Origin: Lytechinus pictus
Lineage: Eukaryota
Assembly (NCBI RefSeq): GCF_037042905.1
Contig: NC_087250.1
Coordinates: 20,586,001 to 20,650,000 of the forward strand
Reading direction: 5' to 3'
Length of the DNA: 64,000 nucleotides
Shown in pieces: positions 38,543 to 51,400 of this stretch. Made by a program: the position numbers and the translations under genes. Under the pieces are notes generated by a model that was not told the origin of the DNA, searched no databases, and saw nothing but the letters and a program-made list of their open reading frames with translations. The stretch's first letter is position 1; the number at the start of each line of letters is the position of its first letter.

Positions 38543-40598
38543 CACAACAAAAAAAGTAAGTCCCCCCTTGAACAAACATCAATAATTTCCGAACCAATGC
38601 GAATTTTTGATATATTTTTACACGAGTGTGTAGGTAATTTTATAAGCTACCCTCTGAGTAAATGTTATGGACGTATTTTACGTCATGCTTCAGTGAGCAC
38701 CGTCAGAAGGCAAAAATGTCACTTTTCAAAAGTCACAAGCCAAAAATCATGACTTTGATTCCATTTTATTGGAACTGATTCCACATTCTCATCATGAAAA
38801 ATAGTCAAAAGGCTTGTAAAAGGTACTTTCTAAAAGACGATACAATTTTTGGGGCTAAATTTCACGGTTGAATAAACACAAGTCCAAATTTGCTATAATT
38901 GGATTTTTTACACATTTTCATAAATAAAAATGATAGAATATGATGACAGTTATTTTTGGGAAGAGTATCTTCAACAATATTCATCGTTTCACGGTTCAAT
39001 GAACATTTATTGAAAACAAAAAATACGATTTTCAAGTATCATAGGCAAGTATTGTTTCATTTTGGTAACTGAAACGGATCTTTTATCAACTTTTTCGTTA
39101 TGTTCATGACCAATTAACATGCTCCAATGATTCAAAGGCGTTTTATTAAACATTCACGCTTGAATGAACATGTGGAATGTGATTAGCTCTTTTTTACGTT
39201 ATTGGAAAAAATGTAATTTGTAACTATGGATATCTGTCACAAACCTCCGTGCATGGTTCATTTGATTTGATTTTTATGAAAATCCCGATGTTTAATGCAT
39301 CAGTGAGCACACAATATTTGAAAATTATGCAAATGAGAAGAAAGTTCAAGGCCTTGGCCCCACTCTGTGCCGCATCGAATTGTTATTTTGGTTTGCGCGC
39401 CTTTTGGATAGTGTTACTCTGAAGCCATGTGCGAAGTTTCATGAAATAACTGTTGGCAGAAGTAACAAAAACCGTCCATGAAACAAACCCCTTATTTCAT
39501 ATTTGTTAAATTTTGACTTCCTCTCTCATAGACTTGTGTACATTATGGGTACATATGTTTAAGAATTAGTAACCCCTTATTCAATATGGTGGAACTTTTT
39601 TTCAAGGCTGTCTACAGCAATGTCATTTGGCAGTAATGTTTATCAACCTATGGGCAGAATTCTGTGCAAAAATGAAATCGATTTGTTTATTTACGGATGA
39701 GTGAGCACGCATCAAAGTGAGAAAATTTGTATTTTCAATGTCACAGACTCATTTTAAGGGTAATAAGGTGAATATTGGGGGCAAATTCGGTTTCAAATGT
39801 GACTTTAATTGCTGTTGCTGTTTTTATCATCCATCATTTCTATCACCACACACTTACCGAACTTAACATTTTCATGGTTGAGCGAGCACATTCGAAAACT
39901 TAGGAATGAATACTCTTTATACTGCATAAATGCATTATTTTCCTAACAATTTCTCATGATCAGTTTAATTTATGGACAAATCAGTGGTGGATCCAGAATT
40001 TAAAAATGGGGGAGGGGCCTATAATCGGGGGAGCCACCAACATTTTCAAATTTTAATATGACCTAACAAGTTGTAGAGGATACTACCCAAAAAAACCTAT
40101 GATGATACGTCACAATACAGGGGCCGTGGAACGGTTTTCGAAGTGTGGAGAAGGGGCTGAGCCAAAAGTGGGGGGGGGGGGGGGGGCTGACCATGCAGAA
40201 AAATCACAATCTATGGTCATTTTTACATTTTTGTACATGATTTTGGAAAAAAGTGGGCCCCCCGCACCCCCGCTTCCGCGGCCCCAGCGATATTGTGCTC
40301 ACTCAACCATGAACATACGATATCAAAATTGTGTGTGGAGTGGATAAATGATGGATAGTAAAACAGCATAACACCATAAAATTCACCTAAAAACAACTTT
40401 TGCCCAACTTTGTATTTGCACAATCTGAAAAACGACTCTTGTGACTTTCAAAAATGGTCATTTTTAATTCAATCTTTAATTACTCATGTATGACTCAACC
40501 GACCGATCTCATTTTTCCCCAGGAGTTGCTTAATGAGTGTAAAAAACAACCTACGAAATATCATATCGCAAAATAACTCCGTTACTTTTTTTGTTGTG
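38543..40598. mobile_element. Same TA-TSD DNA transposon family, copy 2, inverted relative to copy 1
   Basis: Colinear reverse complement of 8327-10415; one TIR has a short internal deletion. Confidence 0.88.
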
Positions 40599-41355
40599 TA
40601 TATTATAAACAACTAAAAATATAAATATAGTAAGATATAGTAAGATATATTTTAGTTATTTGGATGATCATATTGACATTTTAGGGCCTACAACTTGTCA
40701 AGGGTCTCGTTTCACAAAGACCTGTTAAAATAACATATTTTCCATCAGCAAATCAGATTGAAGAATTTCAGTAGCTTTTATCTGTTATTGCAAACATGTT
40801 AACTGGTTTTATTAAACGGATCTCAGGTCTTAAATCTCTGCGTATTTACAATTTTGAATTTAACTCTACCCCTAAAATGCAAGAGCATATTTGGGACCGT
40901 TTGCAAAGGGATTGCCAAACGAGGACCTTTTCGGTGTGTTGTGTGTCCTCGGTCAAACGGTGAAGCTTGTGGGTGTGCGTTTGCAGGGATGCGTGTGTGT
41001 GTGTGTGTGCCCTTCTTTTCCATAATTGATAATGCCTCCACACACATCTAAAATTACCCTTATTTTTTCTACCCCACTCGCACATAAACGCCACCAGACA
41101 CACACTCATCACATATAGGCATTCAAGTTACCTCTCGATCTCCCACCATCTTTTCATTTTACACAAAAACACACTCCCACACTCGCTTATTTCAATGACA
41201 CCCACACATGCGCGCGCACAGCCTATGCGACATTTGATTCACATCAATTTGATTTGATCTATAAAGAGTAAAATAGTATTCATAACAATAGGTTTCATTA
41301 CTTTAATCACACACCGTATAGCCCTGTGTACACGAGTCTTCCTTTAATAATAATG

Positions 41356-44300
41356 ATTTTTTTTTCTTTTATCCTCTTAATCGAGGTATTTATTCACAAT
41401 AACATGTACATATATATACAAACAATAAAAAAAAAATCAATTCACTTCAATAATGCAATAATTTTTTGAATATCACATTTTTTCAAAATTCCGAACTTGC
41501 TTTTTTGTTTACATAAACTTTCTAAATAGATAATCATAGTAAGCTTGAATTCAATCCATAAAGAATTCGCATCATATCTTTTTCCTTTGAATATGCTTTT
41601 TATGTAATTTCGATAAATAACAAATTGAGCAATAACACAAAATAAATTACACATAACATTGCTGGAACTTTGCAGATCATAACCTATGATTAATGTTTTT
41701 TCATCTATAGAAATAGTAATCTTGAAAATATAAAATACCAACCTTTCTATAATTTTCCAAAAAAATCGAACATATTTACAATACAGTATGAAATGAAAAG
41801 TGGTATCAACTTCTCCGCAAATGTTACATGAGTTGTTTTCTACTACATGCCACTTAAATAAATTGTCTCTTGAGGGTAAAATCTTGCTCAAAAATTTAAA
41901 ACTAAATTGTCTAATTCTATTATCCACAATTAAATGCAACTTAAAATAAAATACATGGTTCCAACTAAAGGAAACTGGTAATGAAAAAAGATTAGACCAA
42001 AAAGAAACAATGCCTGGTTCTTCCGATACCTCCGAACATAATAAAGAATATATCTTTCTTGTTGGTAAATAATCTAGAGTTATTTGTTCTCCACTTTTTA
42101 ATGAAATTAAGATTCGTTCACTTTTTTTTAATTCGAGTGGATAATTTTCCTTAAACAACTTATTCAACCAATAAATGGGGAAAGACTTTTTTAATTTAGC
42201 ATATTCTAAATCAAATAAAAGCTGAGAAGAATAGACAGATTTATTTAAAATATTTGGTGCTAACCACTGACGATTTCTTATAACATCTTTAACCCTAATT
42301 ATACCTGCATGCTTCCATTTCTTATATACCAACATACGTTTATTAAAAGTAATATTGCTGTTATTCCAAATGATTTCATTTTCAATGTTTTTTACTCCAA
42401 ATATACCAATATATCTTAACTTAGACCAGCTACAAAAAAATCATGGTAAAAACTAGGTATATTTGCTTTTGTACAAAGAAAATTCATATCTTTTGTTGAT
42501 ATATTGTATTCAAAACATAAAGGAATTTCACCAATCTTTGATAACCAATAATTAAAAAGAAATTTCCAACTACGTTCGCCTTGCTCTAACAACTTGCTTA
42601 TCCACGAAATCTTAAGCGATTCAATTTTCGATTCCAAGTGGACCATACCAAGACCACCTTCGTTTGTTTTATTTATACAAACATTTCTTTTAACCTTTTC
42701 TTTTGAAGAATTCCAAATAAAAGTATATAACATTTTATTTAGAGATTTGATTACTTTCTGGGGAACTCTAATCACTTTTGCAGGATACACAATTTGAGAC
42801 ACCAACAAAGTTTTGATGATAATAATTTTTCCGAAAATTGTTAGATTTCTTAGTTTCCATACTCTAATAATATTTTGTATCTTATCTAGTTTATTTTGCC
42901 AATTATAATCTTCAACATCTTTCTCATTTTTCCCAACATATATACCTAAATATTTTATCGGTTCTTCAGTACATTCTATTTGTCCGGGGACAATATCAAT
43001 ATTAAGCTTCAGCAGCTTGGTTTTTTGCAAATTAATCCTTGGCCCAGCATTTGAACCAAATAGTATTAATTCTTCCATCAAATTAGAAAGAGAATTTTTA
43101 TTTTTCATAAATATAGTTGTATCATCTGCAAATTGGGATATTTTTACTTCTACTTGATCATCATTCAACTGCGAAATCGGTAAACTGAGACCTTCAATTT
43201 TATGATTCTGTTTAATTTTCGTCGCCAAAACTTCTGCAACAATAATAAAAAGTAGTGATGAGAGGGGGCACCCCTGCCTTACACCTCTTTTAATTTGAAA
43301 AGATTCAGAGATCCAGCCATGATTTAGCACACGGCCTTTTGCGTTTTTATACATCGATTGAATCCACCGAATGAATGAATTTCCAAAATTTAATCTTTTT
43401 AAAAGGTAAAATAGAAAATTATGACTTATGTTGTCATAGGCTTTTTCAAAATCCAGAAACATAATTATGCCCGGGGCTTTTATGCCCTGATAATAATCAA
43501 TTATATCTTGCACCAGACGTATATTTTCGGCTGAAGACCTTTCTCTAATAAAACCACTTTGATCGGGAGATACAATGCTCGTTATTACATTTTGTAGTCG
43601 TTTGGCAAGAACTTGTGCAAGAATTTTGTAATCCACATTTAGGATTGATATTGGTCTCCAGTTATGAATGATGTTTTTATTTCCTTTTTTAAACAATAAC
43701 GCCAACATGGCCATGTTTTGACTTGGAGACAATTGCTGCTTTCTATGTCCTTCATTTAAACTGTTCATTAACATTTTTTTTAGCTTGCTCCAAAAGCATT
43801 TATAAAACTCGACTGTGAGGCCGTCGCTACCTGGTGATTTATTATTCTGCATTCTTGACAGAGCCTCAGCACATTCCTTTTCGGTTATATCACCTTCACA
43901 ACTCGATGCTTCATTTTCATTTAGGATTTGTATATTTGTATGAAATAAATATTTTTCGTACTCCAAATCACTAATAGAATTAAGGTTTTTATATAAATCA
44001 TCATAATATTTACGTAATCTCTGTAATATTTTCACCTTATCAGTGATGGTTTTACCGTTGTGTTCTAGGCAATCAACTTCTTTCTTTTTTCCGTTTCTTT
44101 TTTCAAGGCCAAGAAAGTACTTTGTTGATTTTTCACCTTCCTCCATCCACTTCTCTCTCGATCTTATGTAAGCTCCTTTACATTTATAATTATACAAATC
44201 ATCGATATCTTTCCTTATTTTATTGATTTCTTCAAAATTTCTATCATTAGGACTACTGTCCATTTCTTTGTTCAATAAAAAATATTGCTTTTCCAATTGA

Positions 44301-44662
44301 ACAAGTTTTTCTCTCTTTTTTCGTTGTACATCTATAGCATATTTAATTGTATATTCTTTTATTCTAACTTTACACATTTCCCACTTTCCTTGAGCATCAA
44401 GGTTCTCATATTTCAATTTACTTTTATATATTACATTTCCGATATTCAACCTATATATATCATCTTTAAGTAGGTCACTATTAAATTTCCAGTAACCCCT
44501 TCCTCGCACGTCGTTAAAAAGTTTTAATTTCAATGAAATAGCATTGTGGTCACAATTGAGACATGGTCTGATATCCGTAGAGAGAACATATTGGCTAAGG
44601 TCTCTTGAAATAAGCCAATAATCCAAACGAGAAAATAAATTGAGGGAATTTTGCCTCCATGT
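41356..44662 (-). mobile_element. 5'-truncated L1/Tx1-clade LINE ORF2 (EN C-term, RT, CCHC), one frameshift near 42420, poly(A) tail
   Basis: SRLDYWLIS, KSPGSDG, NWRPISILNVDYKIL, GVRQGCPLS, FADD, CxxC..HxxxxC; AATAAA plus A-tail near 41356-41395. Confidence 0.93.
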
Positions 44663-44669
44663 ATTAATG

Positions 44670-44955
44670 GTAATAATAATAATAATAGGCATATATTTAG
44701 CGCTATCTAACTAGAAATATTCTATTCCGAGGCGCGATGCTATTATCATTACCCCGGTTTTAGCTCGAGCTGCCTTTCAGCGCTCATGCATTCAAAGAAT
44801 TAATCCTGCCAGGTACCCATTCAGCTCACCTGGGTCGAGTGCAGCAGAATGTTGATACATTTCTTGCTGAAGGAAATGAGCCATGGCTGGGATTTGAACC
44901 CACGACCCTCTGTTTCAAAGTCTGAAGACTATTCCACTGGGCCACAACGCCCCAC
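44670..44955 (-). mobile_element. tRNA-derived SINE (Deu-domain-like core), (ATT)n tail
   Basis: Reverse strand has GTGGCCCAGTGG A box, GGTTCAAATCCC B box and ACCCAGGTG..AATGGGTACC core. Confidence 0.75.
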
Positions 44956-45467
44956 ATGTTTTCTTTGTTTTTTCTCTTTCCTCGTTTGTCTTTCTTTCTC
45001 ATCTATTTCTTACACTTTGCCTATTACATAATTTGCCCGCCATGTCACCTGGAAATTAGACCAAATATAATAAATGGAGACCAAGTAACAATAAGCCAAC
45101 CAACTTCGTATCTTAATCAAGAAATAAGCGCAATTACCAACAAGGTACTTTCTTATAGTATTGAATAACAATGAATGAATAAATAAATATCTTAGATTAT
45201 TACTGCCCTTTGGACAACAAAAGACAAAATATTAAAATAAAAAAAACAAATTATTTGATTTACACAGATATATTTTTAAAATAATTCAAGCAATGGTTCA
45301 CATTCAACGTACACATCACATGCAGACCAATATTCAATTTTTAAAGTATACTGAGTGGAATATATATATATATATTGTGAAAGGAATGAATGAATTAATG
45401 AAAGGAAAGCTGTTGTACATGTATAATTTCTCACACACACACACCCTCACACACACACACACACCAT

Positions 45468-45499
<32 letters not shown>

Positions 45500-45975
45500 A
45501 AAGATGCGATCATTTTTGCAACGAAAAATTTGTAATCAACACAAATCACTAAAATATATAACACTATTGTTAACATTTTCGTTCATTTATCCTTGACAAA
45601 AATCAAACAATCACCTTGCTCTTAATGATCACATATTTCAAATTTAAAAGTATCAACAATATAACATACAGGGCAAAACAAGGACTGCATTTGCATTTAA
45701 TGTTTTCCATTTACTATTCAAATAATCATTTGTTGACTTGTTGTCTTGAGGTTTAATGGAGCTAATAACGCTCAGTAAAAAAAAAAAAAAGTAGGTATTA
45801 CGCACAGATTATCAATCTTCCATTTAAAAAAATTAATTATCAGAAAAAATCACATCAAATATACATGCAGTGGGAAAATGTGCTTAAAATCTCGTATATA
45901 CATTTAATCTGTACAGTATTCATTTGTTTATTCATATATATATTCACTTATTTGTTAATTAACTTATCAATCACA

Positions 45976-46209
45976 GGAGGCGCGATAGCTCAGTCGGTAG
46001 AGCGGGGGATTCGTATTCTGGTGACCCGGGTTCGATTCACACTTGGTGCGCTAGTGCCCTTTGGTAAGGCATTAATCCTCATTACCAGGTCCTTCGGAGA
46101 GGACCTTAAGCCGTCGGTCCTCTGGTTGCTTGCTTACAAGCATTCATGCTTTCTTAGCAATCAGGTAAAAAAAATACCCACCAATCAATCAATCAATCAA
46201 TCAATCAAT
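45976..46209 (+). mobile_element. tRNA-derived SINE with (AATC)n tail
   Basis: A box TAGCTCAGTCGG, B box GGTTCGATTC; a 3' fragment of the same family lies inverted at ~322-396. Confidence 0.85.
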
Positions 46210-47919
46210 TAATTAAATAATTGATTAATTTATTTATTCATTTTCATTCATTTATTTGTTTGTCTATTTATCTATATATATTTTATTTGTTTATTAATAT
46301 TTAGTTATTTCTTTTTAATAGGGAGTTGGTCATAATCATTGAAAAAAGACTAATGAATGGATATGCCATTGTTATAATAACTATCTGATAATGAATGATT
46401 GGAAGATACAACTATTTCGATGATCCCGGTTAAATAAAGGTGATGATAGCAACTGATATTGAATCTCTCTTTGCGTGTGGTAATATGACAATGCTTAACA
46501 ATACACTTAAGATAGCGAAACGATGACCTATATATAACAAAAGGGAATGACTCGTATGTTAGGGGGTGGTGAAGGGGGGGGGGGGGGTCATCCAATCCCA
46601 GCCAGATAATGATATGCTATCAAGGGAAAAATTGAATGAACTAATTGATGGAATGGATCTGCATAAGGCGGAGGCATATTCGACATATAATAGTATCAAT
46701 AAAACACCTTTACGTTTTCTTGTGCATCACCCCCATGCACTTTTACTGGATTTGCGATTACCCAGGGTATGATATGGCGCATTTTTTTTAGAGAGAGAGA
46801 GAGCGCAGTAATTTTATTTCATTTCATATCATTTCATTTCCATTCAAATGAAATTAATATTTATTTCATGGATAATGACTTCTTCAAGGCCCTGATTTCC
46901 TTCAATTTGCCTGACATAGCAAAGCTTTAAATCTTATTTTTTTCAATTTGATGCTTCCTTTTATATATTTTCATCGTCAATTAATGATGCCGATGTGCAA
47001 AAATAAGCAAATTTGAAAAAAGAGCATTCTATGACATTACCTCATATTTACCGTAAACAGTTTAAAATTGCCTATATATGCCATGTATGCAGTAAAACAT
47101 ATTTCTTAAATGGTCCCATCTTCCAAAATATAATGTAGCTTTAATATTTTGTCTATTATTTTCTGTTTTAGGATAAAAGATTTACAAAACATTTCTTTAA
47201 AATAATCGATTAGAATGATAGTTAGCTGATGGCATAGCTAGTAATCTCTGGCCAAATCTAGTTTCTTTCTTGGACTTTTGAAGGATTCAATATCATAGAA
47301 CTCATTATAATAATCACTGGAACTGACTGGGAGACATTTCACATGGATTAGGAAGTGGGAAATTGTGTTATTCTGCAAAGAAAGTTACGGACATTTTGAT
47401 ATGATGCTTAGCTTCATTTGGGTTGGTCTAGTCCCATGTGCTAGCATTTTTGTTGGACATACACGTTACACGACCATCAGACTGACAATGGTAAGCAATA
47501 ATGGTCTCTTGTATTGGACTAATCCTTTTAGGAATTAACGTGTGCTCATAAACTCGTCATGTATAAGGATTTAAATACATTCTGGTGGCTAATCGGTGCG
47601 TCACGTACGTGTGGGCTGAGTGTTTTTTGTGTGTTTGTGAATGTGTGTGGGTGTATGGCCATCGATATAGGATTATTTCGATATGTTTCTTAGGGAATGG
47701 AGGAGGGGGAGGGTGCAACAGATTGAAGATTCTAATATGCCTGTAATGCCATGTAATTATTTGAGGGAACCTCATTCCACAAATCCTTAAAGACCTTTCC
47801 TTAAATTCTCTCATTTCATTCCTTATTTATATATATCGGCATACAATGTTATAATCATATATGTCATACTTAGTAAACATCTTTTAATCGAAATGAAATA
47901 AATGGAGCCAGCCAATGAT

Positions 47920-48125
47920 TGAACGAACGAACGAACGAACCAACCAACCAACTAACCAACCAACCAACCAAACAACCAAATAAATGAATGAATGAATAGA
48001 TCAATTAAATGAATAAATAAATTAATAAATAAGATGATAAATAAATGAATAGATAAATGAATAAATAAATAAATGAATGGATGAATGAATGAATAAGATA
48101 AATAAATGAATAAAATAAATAAATG
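47920..48125. repeat. (GAAC)/(CAAC)/(GAAT/AAAT)n compound microsatellite just 3' of the mucin stop
   Basis: Direct reading. Confidence 0.9.
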
Positions 48126-48137
48126 ACAAATGCAAAA

Positions 48138-48472
48138 TTAAAACCATGCATCAGTTATAGGTGGAATAATCGACGGTCTTTGATCTTTACTCTTTTTCAG
48201 ATCAAAGCTGTCGTAATTCCCATCGTTAAAACCACTATTCCAGTTATCATTGTAACTTGGTACATCATTCGCTGGTTGGACCTGAATGTTATTGCGCCAC
48301 CATCGTTGCGGAAGGAGTACCATTCGTAATGTCTCCTCTCGCTGCTTGTTGGCGCTCTGCGAGTAATGACGTACGATGCAGATGACTATGACGACAACGA
48401 CCCCGACGAAGAACAATGTCGCCCCAGCAAAAATGAGAATCGTCATGTAATCACTCAGAAACTTAGCTTCAT
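48138..48472 (-). CDS. Mucin-like gene exon 2 (TM + cytoplasmic tail)
   Basis: Acceptor ttccatag|AT GAA GCT; hydrophobic helix; stop at 48138. Confidence 0.82.
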
Positions 48473-51400
48473 CTATGGAAAATAACACAAAATATAAGGA
48501 GGCTAGTTAGGACGTGAAGGGCTATCGTTATGGACCGTCTCGTGGTGGCCGACACCTGACCAAGGGGTTCTAGGGACGAAAACTATTCGACTTTAAACGC
48601 TTCCTTTGCCAGGAGAGTAATTTCTGTTTCTGTTTATGGTAATTCCTGTAGGAACTATGAAGGACAGCATTTTTTTTTTACTAGAGAAATGCATGTATGA
48701 ATAAAACACACAAAATCACACAACTTTTCACAAAAGCATACAATCTTGACCCCTGTTTTTTGTTTAAATATTTAGGTCTAATATATATGGGACCAAGAGC
48801 TGAACTTGGTAGTAATTCTGCTTACCAAGTATATAAATGTATCATGATTATTAGTCACTATACACACGAATTTGCAGCAGTTGAGAGCCAGATTAAGAGA
48901 TTTATTTCGAACAAAATGTGGAAAATATATTCATGGAAAACACGAGCAATTTGCTAGTATTAAAGTAGAACATTGAAACACGGTGCCCGTAAAGCATGCC
49001 TAGGACCAAAAATTGGAACATGATACTCAGTATTACCCTTAGCACCATCATCATCATCATCATGACAGCCGCCATCATCATCATCATCATCATCATCCTC
49101 ATCGTCATCATTATCACATTCGTCATAACTTTCTAATTAATTTGCATCACTTTCAGACCATTCACATCAAATTATTCACTGGCAGTGACGAACTTTTTTT
49201 TCAAAAATCGAGCGCGAAGAACGAGCTGAAATTTTTGATGAAGGCCATACTGACTTGAAAAGGGACCTGTTAAGGACTGCAGTGGGTCATGAAGATGATA
49301 TCTCACCAAATAGGCCTAGATAATGCGAGCACAAAGCGCGAGCTGAAAATTTTTGATACCCTGAGATAATAACTGGACGTTCTAAGCACTTTTTGTAATC
49401 ATGAACAAAATGGGTATCAAACTAAACAATAATGTGAGCGCCTAGCGCGAGAGGAAAATGTATGATTTATGAAAATTATGAAAAATCAGGATGCGTATCT
49501 CGCCAATACGAATAATGACAATAACAATCCGCTTTTATATAGCGCTTAATACATCGGAACGACGTGTCTAAGCGCTTTACAGATATATCATTACCCCGGT
49601 CATCGGATTCAATCAATCATTCCCGCACACAATGTATGTACATCCTCCACTCCCTGGGGAGTATTCCAGTCAGTCGCCAGTGAGGCGCACACAGTACTGG
49701 ACAAGCTACAACGACTTTCACATCCTACCTGGTACCCATTTAGCACCTGGGTCGAGAGTGGCAAAGTGTGGATTAACCGCCTTGCCAAAGGACGCTAGAC
49801 CGCGGTGGGATTCGAACACACGACCCTCTGTTTACAAGGCGAGAGTCAGAACCACTACACCACGGCTCCTCCACAATATTGAACAGTCTAATCGCGAGAA
49901 GTATTGACTTGAACACTAGATTTTTAAGATCCATGTTATGTTATTCCACAAAACTTTTCAGATTAATCAACAGCCACTGCGAGCGCGAATCGCGAATGAA
50001 CTTTTGAATTTTATATAATGACCTGAAAGATGTATGTAAGTGACAAAAACATTGTTGAGAGCTAATGTTGGGAGTGAATGGATGAGAAATTTGTCAAAGT
50101 CCGGCAGCCCAGGAGATTTATTCAACCGAAAGCCGGACAAGCAAATGACCCCATAGCTGGATGGCATGGACCCTGAATTTCACAAAAATGCATTGCTGCC
50201 GTGTTCTATCCGTGGTCTTTCCTCCGAAATGACGTAATATATGACGTCACTACAAAAGGGCCCTATTTCACCATTTTTTGGACATTCTACACATAGCATG
50301 AAGTCAAGGGAGAATATCTCAGCCAAACCATGCTTGTTTTGTATGAAACTTTCAAAATATTTTGTTCAAATAGTGCACGAGAGATATGAACAATTTCACG
50401 AACAGAAATTATTGTTTACATATGCAAATTACGTAATGAAACTTGCATATCATTCGTTTGGGAGATTTCTTGCACCAAAAATTGTCGAAAATCGATTCAG
50501 AAATTTATTTTCTTTTTTAGTGCATTTTATTTGATATATTTCCTCTCAAGCATAATATCACTCTCTTTATCTATATCTCTACTTTTAGAAAATATATGCC
50601 AGTAATTAGTAATGACATTATAGACTGTGATTTCAGCCCCATTTTCAATATGATGCGCACATAGAAATCGTGCGTTTTTGGCCTATTTTTACCATATAGC
50701 CCCATCTAGCTGAGGTGTGCGAACGATATGCCTACTTTATTGATGTTTTCTGCATTTTGCATGATATTAAATCTTCCAAACAACATATTTTCATCTTCAT
50801 TATGTCTCTGCTGATAAATAAATGATTTCAGCAAAGATTGATTGCCCACTGGGCAGTCTATAGGCTTCGTTTTCAGCCTAGTTTTCAACAATGAACCTAT
50901 ACCATGTATGACTGCATTATTGTAGTCAAGTCGGAAATGGGAGTTCCTTTGCACCATCATAATATATTTTTCACTCAACGTTTTTGTATTTGCCTGAAAT
51001 GTCTAGTTAATTAATATTGATGTTCCCTTTGCAAAATCGTGTCCAACGGGGTTCAAAATTTATATCTTTGGCGGCCCTCTTGGATTTTTTTATGAAAAGT
51101 AATTATTTTCATATTTTTAGCACAGAGTGTTACAATCTTAAATGAATACGCATTTCATTATGATTCGGATAGTAGAAATCGATTGAATTCGTTTTCTGGA
51201 CAGCTAATAAATTTTGAAATAAAATTTATCCCGAAATTGCCATGATTTTGGTCAAAAATTTGCATGTGATATCTATCTGTTCAATCATTAACATAAACAA
51301 CTATTGCACAATATCAGCATTCGACACGAAAGAGGATATAATATACCGATAACACTGAAACACTTCATGACAGTATGTAACTATGTCTTGATTTGCTTAG

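Noticed and set aside
42416..44692. Host gene or domesticated RT starting MPIIIII
   Set aside because: The N-terminus comes from the SINE (ATT)n tail; the rest is a truncated, frameshifted LINE ORF2.
45976..46050. tRNA gene
   Set aside because: A/B boxes run into a SINE body and tail; acceptor stem does not pair well; a second family fragment is present in the window.
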